Below the pieces are notes generated by a model. That model worked only from the letters and a program-made list of their open reading frames with translations. It searched no databases and was not told the DNA's origin. From NCBI GenBank assembly GCA_964036045.1, contig OZ038378.1, positions 31,062,001-31,126,000 on the forward strand: 64,000 nt of DNA. The letters are read 5' to 3'. Shown piece by piece: positions 59,601-64,000 of the stretch (position 1 is its first letter; each line of letters starts with the position of its first letter). The stretch is from Eutreptiella sp. 'Long Island Sound 2002' (Eukaryota > Protista > Euglenida). The translations under genes were made by a program, and so were the position numbers.

Positions 59601-61943
59601 GGAGGACGCAGGGGTGGGGGCACAGCACGGAAACCCACCGCCAACCATTTCAGGGCTGGCTGGTGGCAGATCGCTAGGTCATCCTCATTTTTGGGCTCCT
59701 GGACCATGGGCAAGCCTATTCGAGGACAAAACACCGCCTGCGAAAGGTGAAGATGTGGAGCGATTGGCTGCTTTCTGGTTTCTTGATATTTTGCTGCAGG
59801 CCGCCCCTTTAAAGACTGTCCTATTCCCTTCCAACTGCCGTCGGTTGCCCTTCAACTGCTGTTGGTTACCCTCCAACTGCTGTCGATTGCCCTCCAGCTG
59901 CCATCTGTCAGCCTCCAATGGCCTTCTGTACCCTCCTACTGCTGTTGGTTACCTAATAGCCGCCAGGCTCAGTGTAACGCCAGAGTCTTTCTTTTGCCAC
60001 AGAAGACTGCGGTGTGTGTCCCCAAGGTGCCTGGTGCACCTGCTGCACACCCCTACGCCCACAGATGCCCCCCTCCTGCGTTGAGGAGCGCCGGCGGGTG
60101 TTCAACAAGGCGTATGCCGCAGACAGCCCGTTGGTCATTCGGGACCTCAGCAAACAGTATGAAAACGGCAAACAGGCGCTGTTAGGACTCAATCTGGTGG
60201 TGGAGAAGGGGGAGTGCCTGGGGTACCTGGGGCCCAATGGGAGCGGCAAGACCACGACCATGGGGCTCCTGTCCGGCGCCCTGCAGCCCAGTCATGGCAC
60301 AGCGCTGATCGGGGGCAAGGATATCCAGAAGGACTCGCAGGCGGCGCGGCTGCTCAGCGGCGTCTGTCCGCAATTTTCGGTGCTCTGGGACGAGCTCACG
60401 GTGTGCTCTCCCTCAAGTGGCTTGATGTGTGTTTAGTCAGTTACATTGGAGCAGGGACAGAGCTGGTGCCGTGTGGCTCTGTGGCTCTGTGTGGGCGCTG
60501 TGTGTGGCTCTGTTTGCGGGCTCTCTGTGTGGCAGGGCGGTCCTTTGACAGCGCTTCTTCTTTTTTTTTCCACTGCCCTCAAGAACCGCCCTCTGGACCA
60601 TCGGTTAGCTGCCGGTAGTTGAGCACCAACTGCCAGCGCTTAATGGCCAATTTTTTGTTCATTTGGTACTGACTGCGAGCGAAGGGTCATATGTCTTCTC
60701 TGTGCCAATGACAGCCTCAGAGGGACTTGTTCAGACCCGTGGTCAGAAGCGTGCGTACAGACCAGGGTTAAGCGTGCACAAGCGTGCGCAGTGTTGGGTG
60801 GTAAGTGTGTGTATGTGTGCGCGCAAGGGTTCTTTTTTTTTGTTGACCGGAAAGCCCCTGAAGTGCCAGCCACGTCCAATGATGGTGTCTAATGGTAGTA
60901 CACCGGAGGGGTGGGGGTATTATATCTGGTTCCTTGTTTCTCCTTCCTCTTTGCCAAGAAAGCTGCTGTACAAAACGAACCTAGACGCACATCCAAGGTC
61001 TATTCGGGGCCCACTGCGGGGAGGCAAGCATGCACAGCCCAGTGGATTTTTTCTGACAGCAACCATGGTATGGAAAGATGGGTATTTGGCGCTACTGTGG
61101 GGGTTGGAAGTCAGAAGTTGCCTGGACCACAGGGTTGTGTGGTATGCTTGTCAGAAAGGAGTGGACACCCCAACCTTTAGCTGAGGCATCCTGCCACATG
61201 TCGGTCAGCAAGTGATTATACTCAGGGATAGAGGATGATCCTTTCCCTCGCACTACATTATCAATTTCCTCCTCGTCACTCAGACTACTTTTTCGCTTAG
61301 CATCGCCATTTATTGGTGGACAGTTCCCTTAAACAAAAATTCCACTGGCACCAATTTTATTTCTGCGGAGAACCAGTGCATGACTAAACAAGAGGTCCAC
61401 CTCTGTGTCCCCAAGCCCAAGCGTACACAAGCGTGCAGAGGGTTGGGGTGTAAGCGTTTGTAAGCGTGCATAGTCATGGAAAGTAAGCGTGCGCAAGCGT
61501 ACACACACGCTTCTAACTACGGGTCTGGACGTGTTCCTGGATGATTTGAGATTTTGTTGTGTGTAGTGCCTTGTTGCCTTCTCCATCGCGGTTCGTGCAT
61601 TTGTTGGGGTGTGGTGTGGATCAACGAGAATTTTCCTTTATTCTTTGAGGACTACCCTGGCGCATGGGTTCTGTGACGTCTGTGCGTGGGCTCTGTGCAT
61701 GTGGCTCTGTCCAGCTGTTCACACTACAGGTGACGGAGCACATGCTGTTCTATGCCCGGCTGAAGGGGGTGCATATCGCGGAGGAGTGGGACCATGTGCA
61801 GAGCCTGCTGCGTTGCGTGGGGCTCCGGAGGTATCAGAATCGCCTCGCGAGCCAACTCAGCGGTGGGATGCAACGGCGGTTGAGTGTGGCCATCAGCCTC
61901 TGCGGCGATCCCAGTATTGTGATCTTGGACGAGCCAACCACAG
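13876..61943 (+). CDS. ABCA: ABCA-subfamily ABC transporter, partial multi-exon gene (10 exons found; 5' and 3' ends not found in the window)
   Basis: Exons 13876-14095, 17106-17232, 18172-18253, 19972-20047, 21758-22013, 53856-53969, 55829-56005, 59197-59513, 60065-60400 and 61730-61943 are all GT-AG and phase-compatible, giving one open frame. It runs extracellular domain, TM segments (LPIYMYLIVLEKEDG), Walker A GPNGSGKT, CPQF, signature LSGGMQRR and Walker B VILDEPTTG. Confidence 0.93.
15120..15320 (-). pseudogene. Ankyrin-repeat exon with a frameshift, antisense inside an ABCA intron
   Basis: CAG|...|GTATGC boundaries on the minus strand. GFTPLLLAAREGHVAAVDALMQSG then, after a 1-nt shift, TPIMHVAAEGHLGLVKLLL. 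Confidence 0.8.
15560..16960. repeat. Degenerate ~42-bp minisatellite with an internal inverted core (CCCTGTGC...GCACAGGG); short related array at ~58940-59105
   Basis: Repeated CCCTCTGCCCTGTGCTGGTGTGCACAGGGGTGGGGAAA-like units read directly. Confidence 0.85.
17106..17232 (+). CDS. ABCA: ABCA exon, phase 0 to 1
   Basis: TTCCAG|TTCGCC...CTCATAG|GTCGCC; FASGSYSELEDAVF...LLPDALI. Confidence 0.8.
18172..18253 (+). CDS. ABCA: ABCA exon, phase 1 to 2
   Basis: CTGCAG|ATTTT...CACAG|GTGCAT; DFNAVRADHGRLQYSFAVNDNVYILYHR. Confidence 0.85.
19527..19699 (+). repeat. 173-bp dispersed intronic repeat (near-identical copy at 21552-21724; diverged relative at ~17930-18110)
   Basis: CCGCTGCACACT...GACCCAGAAATGCGT occurs twice with few differences. 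Confidence 0.92.
19972..20047 (+). CDS. ABCA: ABCA exon, phase 2 to 0
   Basis: TTGCAG|AGCC...TCAGAC|GTATGT; joins to give YHRANNFTRV. Confidence 0.85.
21758..22013 (+). CDS. ABCA: ABCA exon (end of extracellular domain, TM2), phase 0 to 1
   Basis: CCACAG|GTTCTG...GACG|GTATGC; TFLYPLALTVQLPIYMYLIVLEKED. Confidence 0.93.
24091..24620 (-). mobile_element. LTR-retrotransposon aspartic protease (retropepsin) fragment with an internal inversion
   Basis: Minus strand ILVDNSAKVSLI...VRLKVANG (degenerate D[ST]GA); the C-terminal WDMIMGYTF motif is on the plus strand at ~24140-24180. Confidence 0.7.
25440..26160. repeat. Internal tandem repeat of element A, ~7 units of 103-109 bp
   Basis: CCCACTTGTGGG / CCCTCTTTTGG cores at 25484, 25593, 25696, 25799, 25908, 26017 and 26125. 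Confidence 0.9.
26165..26777 (+). pseudogene. Element A internal ORF fragment, homologous to the element B ORF at 48470-49078
   Basis: Shared translation GAMFLALVTFIWGS...RFGPECEFRNGHVVFLDAQMDANGRWVIPVGTLS; frameshifted. Confidence 0.75.
27990..28775 (+). pseudogene. Diverged paralog of the gene X transposase; exons ~27990-28557 and 28696-~28775, intron 28558-28695
   Basis: SLQDGDLVGELIAEW ~ SLRDPLVSQLLGEW; VRGDGYPCADGEWSQLS ~ LGGDAYPCAGGSWTQLS; VWVIGLAIGGDK. The GT-AG intron is at the equivalent position. Internal deletion and frameshift. Confidence 0.75.
28770..29310. repeat. Interstitial telomere-like (TTTGGG/CTTGGG)n array in two ~260-bp tandem blocks
   Basis: Direct reading; block ends TTACCCTGCCCCC at ~29031 and ~29292. 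Confidence 0.93.
29880..32693 (+). mobile_element. Single-ORF insertion (ORF1/gag-like or unknown protein) flanked by 18-bp direct repeats
   Basis: CCCTCGTTGATAGCACAG at 29858-29875 and 32694-32711. ORF 29907-32553 is broken only by a 1-nt shift near 31440. TAACCC repeats lie near the 3' end. Confidence 0.6.
30676..31550 (+). repeat. Coding 105-bp (35-aa) tandem repeat, ~8 copies
   Basis: Unit starts at 30691, 30796, 30901, 31006, 31111, 31216, 31321 and 31426; SPSAQDAICAFSGSLQAANGAVCGATGAPGAGGDA. Confidence 0.95.
32717..35058. repeat. Degenerate (ACCACAG)-type simple-repeat array with higher-order blocks
   Basis: Direct reading; blocks recur at ~253 and ~387 bp; interrupted at ~34495-34685. 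Confidence 0.95.
36160..37600 (+). pseudogene. Degraded spliced Lys/Glu/Ser-rich coding region, probably the N-terminal exons of the piggyBac gene or an accessory gene
   Basis: ORF 36665-37717 with K/E-rich and acidic tracts, EWEWEDV at ~37460, GT-AG gaps with GCGTCGTGCGC-type motifs, and stops. Confidence 0.4.
38370..39545 (+). pseudogene. piggyBac-type transposase core (intron 38525-38644)
   Basis: VCGDEAIIP, LRQYIARKPHATGRKLYVLAD, VADSFFGS, YRQVSRAVDGANQ. Frameshifts at the G-run ~38977-38990 and at (GTGC)4 ~39520-39536. Confidence 0.93.
39545..41110 (-). pseudogene. Gene X transposase, copy 2 (exons 41110-40424 and 40274-39545, intron 40275-40423)
   Basis: The 248-aa ORF 40364..41110 covers exon 1. 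Exon 2 has the same motifs and lesions as copy 1, plus an extra stop. Confidence 0.75.
41820..42104 (-). pseudogene. Displaced C-terminus of the piggyBac transposase, with Cys-rich domain
   Basis: LRYAAGLAFATCKALGLVD...HAPVR...CTYC...THWACAACGTAMHITCFGPAH, a piggyBac-type C-terminal Cys-rich domain. Confidence 0.85.
42105..42400 (+). pseudogene. Displaced C-terminus of gene X, carrying the putative catalytic Glu
   Basis: AARLGVGLGAVCADVVESFNANLKWAYNDHTARGGG; Glu codon at 42153-42155. Confidence 0.72.
43040..47900. repeat. ~85-bp satellite (~57 units) inside element B, with a 425-bp (5-unit) higher-order duplication
   Basis: TTATGTAGCCACC at 43157, 43239, 43324, 43408, 43493 and onward; 44461 matches 44886. 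Confidence 0.96.
48010..49096 (+). pseudogene. Element B internal ORF, unknown protein with a C-terminal Cys/His zinc motif; in-frame stops
   Basis: One frame reads RAILEQHPQIG...*MEDSDP...VTFI*GS...FCLFC...MRNHVAVYL...EPCGF...HKYCGVC. Confidence 0.55.
49288..49656 (-). CDS. 122-aa Ser/Lys-rich ORF inside element B, function unknown
   Basis: Uninterrupted ORF; a homologous segment is present in element A at 26778-26970. Confidence 0.3.
   Translation of the reverse strand: MVMKPKITLKVAKAVHNESASFSEASLGRSDWEWKPEEDASSVESGSSADHDSSSGNESSATSEDGNSSSSSSSSSFSTPSSGVEVLPQKRAVPTKGTKRRITTTKQSAKKHCMVKTSGQKK
50396..53225 (+). mobile_element. 5'-truncated LINE (RT C-terminal half, zinc-binding motif, C-terminal tail)
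   Basis: GYADDTY, EINAKKS, QLGV, then CPYC...EDDSHLLWWC and VSFMELALDFE. Flanked by a 19-bp imperfect direct repeat at 50377-50395 and 53226-53244. Confidence 0.88.
53856..53969 (+). CDS. ABCA: ABCA exon, phase 1 to 1
   Basis: CCACAG|GCTTC...TCAG|GTGCC; joined to 22013 it reads EKEDGFYYLMNSMGLPVHAYLV, matching the ABCA EKE...MGL...Y pattern. Confidence 0.92.
55829..56005 (+). CDS. ABCA: ABCA exon (TM segments), phase 1 to 1
   Basis: TTTAG|GCTTC...TGCG|GTGTG; LRLFTQTN...SLSFLLAALVKSKRTAIVLGY. Confidence 0.9.
56049..56886. mobile_element. 838-bp non-autonomous TIR element (hAT-like CAGGG ends)
   Basis: Perfect 13-bp TIRs: CAGGGCGTTGCTT (56049-56061) and AAGCAACGCCCTG (56874-56886). Subterminal ~85-bp direct repeats. 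Internal ORF starts MSQRPISAFF. No target-site duplication (TSD) seen. Confidence 0.72.
57200..58700. repeat. Low-complexity region with degenerate ~290-bp and ~125-bp repeats
   Basis: GCCATATGATGC-like motif at ~57230, 57512 and 57806; CCCCATAGCCCC..GA..GGTAAC at ~58313, 58443 and 58564. Confidence 0.6.
59197..59513 (+). CDS. ABCA: ABCA exon (TM segments), phase 1 to 0
   Basis: GACAG|GCGTA...TCGCAG|GTCTG; LNPQWAWSRAVY...LYVDAALCF...EESDVDYSQ. Confidence 0.88.
60065..60400 (+). CDS. ABCA: ABCA exon, NBD with Walker A, phase 0 to 0
   Basis: EERRRV...GECLGYLGPNGSGKTTT...GVCPQFSVLWDELT; AG and GT boundaries. Confidence 0.97.
61730..61943 (+). CDS. ABCA: ABCA exon, NBD with signature and Walker B, phase 0 to 1
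   Basis: VTEHMLFYARLKG...LSGGMQRRLSVAISLCGDPSIVILDEPTT|G. Confidence 0.97.
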
Positions 61944-64000
61944 GTACCTGCACCGTCCCCCAAGGCCCTAGCCCCCTCCCTCTTTCTCTCCGCACTGGAG
62001 CTGCAGGGACCACAGACTCTCAGGCCGACTGGCTGATGGCTCAGGGAGTACACGGCCAGCACCACTCTGGGCATGGTGTTCCTGAGGGGATGTCTTTGCT
62101 TGTTTTCTGTTCATTGAAAGTGTGGGACTGTCAAGACCGTCACCCCAACTGCTGACGATTAATCCCCACCTGCCGACCTTCAATCGCCCACCGGCAACAG
62201 ACGATGGTCAACCGATGACCCGTTGACTGCTGTTGGTGGTTGGCTCAGGGTATTCGAAAATAAAATGGCAGATTATTCGCCCGTTGCTTTGTACCTTGGG
62301 CTTACCTCAAGCGAGTGGTACTGATTTTGGACGCCAAAGTAACGGGAACCCCAGGACTTTTTGCTGTGGTGCAATTCCCAGATGCTTTGTTTTGCATGGC
62401 ACCCGCCGAAGGACTGCATGTGAAGCCTCTGTCAGCGTTGGCTATGGCGGGCAGTCGTGCTGCGATTGCCCCCCCCCCCCCCCAACAAATGAGCCGGATT
62501 AACACAAGCAGGACACGCAAAAGACATGGCACTGGTCACCAGTTGTACTGGCAGTACCCACTCAGCCTTTGTGCCAAGCCCCCCCCCCCCCCTTTCTGGC
62601 ACTGTGTTACATTGCCCACATCGGTGGTCGGGAGCACCCTCCAAAGTTCACTGTCATGGGGAATGACTGAATGTGAAGCACAGCCGGAGGGACGCCAAGG
62701 GGCAGAAGAAGCGTTTGTGAGCAGAGGGACTACAGTTGGACTGTCACTTCCCCAAAATCTTTTCCCCCGATGGTTTGGGACAAGCAAAAGGAAACCGTTT
62801 CCTCCTCAAACCCCAAACCAGTGCGTACACCCGGAAATACGGACCGGCACATTGACTGCATCTTTAATAGCAATCCCTTCTCCCTCTCCTTCCTCCGCAT
62901 CCACCCCTCCGGGCCCCACAGAGCTGGTCTAGTGCCTGGGGCCCACAGCCTTACGCTGGCGGAGACCGAAGGGGCCCAGTAAAGTCAGCCTTTGCGCTGG
63001 CAGGAGACTTGATGCTAGTGTGCGGCGGGTGGTTGGGTTTGCGTCTGGCGGCGTCCAGCAGAGAAGTGGTTCTGCATCTGCCGACCTCTGGCAGGGAGGT
63101 TGGCTGGCGTGTGCCGACGTGTGGCGACTGGGAATGGCGGATTTTTTTCCTTCCCCTTGTGCTGTTTTTTGCACCTCACCGGCATAACCCCCCCCAGTGA
63201 GCCAGCGTGCAGACCCGGGTCCTTTACACCCCCCCCCCCCCGGATTATTTTTTTACCCCATGTGTCTATACTCAAAACACTCGGGATTTTCAGGAGATCT
63301 GAATAATGGATGAAAAAAATATCGGACGGAATACCACTCCTCAGCTGTACTTTCTCAGAGATGCCCCGTGCCCTGTACTTTGTCAGAGACGGTTAAACAG
63401 TGTGTTCTCTATTGAGAAGTCCCTGCTTCAATTCCTGGTATCAGCGATCTGCAGGGTGGTGCAGACACTGGCTGGGCCGAATTCCAACCTGTTCGGAGGT
63501 GCCCGACATTTTTCCAACGGCATGTGACAGGCGTCTGGCGACGACTGGCAGGGGGGTGGTTCTGCGTCTGCCGATGTCTGCAGGGAGGTGGGCTGGGGTG
63601 CCGACGTGTGGTTTGCCGCACACTAGTGGCAAGCCTGGCTGGCAGTCAATGGTATGTGACGAGCAGACGTGCCACCAGCGGCAGCCAGGGCAGACAGCGC
63701 TGTGTGTTGCCGAGTCAAACGCAGGACGCAGCTGATTCTTACTGACTTCCGGGTGCAACACGTGCGGATTTCGCTGCGTGGCACAAGAAGGGGGGCTGAT
63801 TCCTAACGGACGCATGTCCCCTGCCGGTCGCAGACCAGGTTGGCCTGTCTGGTGACGAGTGTTTTCCGAAAAGGGCAATGAAGACTTAGAATGCATAGGT
63901 CCGCATGGGTCGTTCTTAGCCTTTAAGAAGGGGTGCCGCCAACAGGGTGGCCTGTTCTCCAGCTGTGCACACGCACTCTGATGTCCTGGGCACAAGATGC

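Noticed and set aside
1-64000. rRNA, tRNA, spliced-leader genes or non-canonical introns
   Set aside because: None were recognised by eye, and all reconstructed introns are GT-AG. A covariance-model scan (tRNAscan-SE, Infernal) would be needed to exclude RNA genes.

Overview
This is a repeat-dominated eukaryotic genomic window; the host cannot be identified from the sequence (a protist such as a euglenid is only a guess). One host gene is reconstructable: a + strand ABCA-family ABC transporter with 10 phase-compatible GT-AG exons at 13876-61943, with both ends missing. One of its introns is 31.8 kb (22014-53855) and holds a 28.5-kb nested transposon complex (25261-53746) bounded by a 9-bp direct repeat. 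The complex contains a second related TIR element with a ~4.9-kb internal 85-bp satellite, a 5'-truncated LINE, a single-ORF insertion with an 18-bp flanking repeat, and telomere-like and ACCACAG arrays. The main observation is a 2.56-kb inversion (39546-42104). Reversing it restores the frames of two tandem, intron-containing transposase genes at once: a piggyBac-type gene and a DDE gene whose motif order resembles Transib/RAG1. A 1.73-kb copy of the already rearranged junction lies inverted at 8348-10077, and a diverged paralog of the Transib-like gene with the same intron position lies at ~28 kb. The rest is degraded LINEs (RT, RNase H), a retropepsin fragment, a MITE, minisatellites and an antisense ankyrin pseudo-exon. 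No rRNA, tRNA or CRISPR array was seen. All family assignments come from motif recognition by eye; no database search was run.
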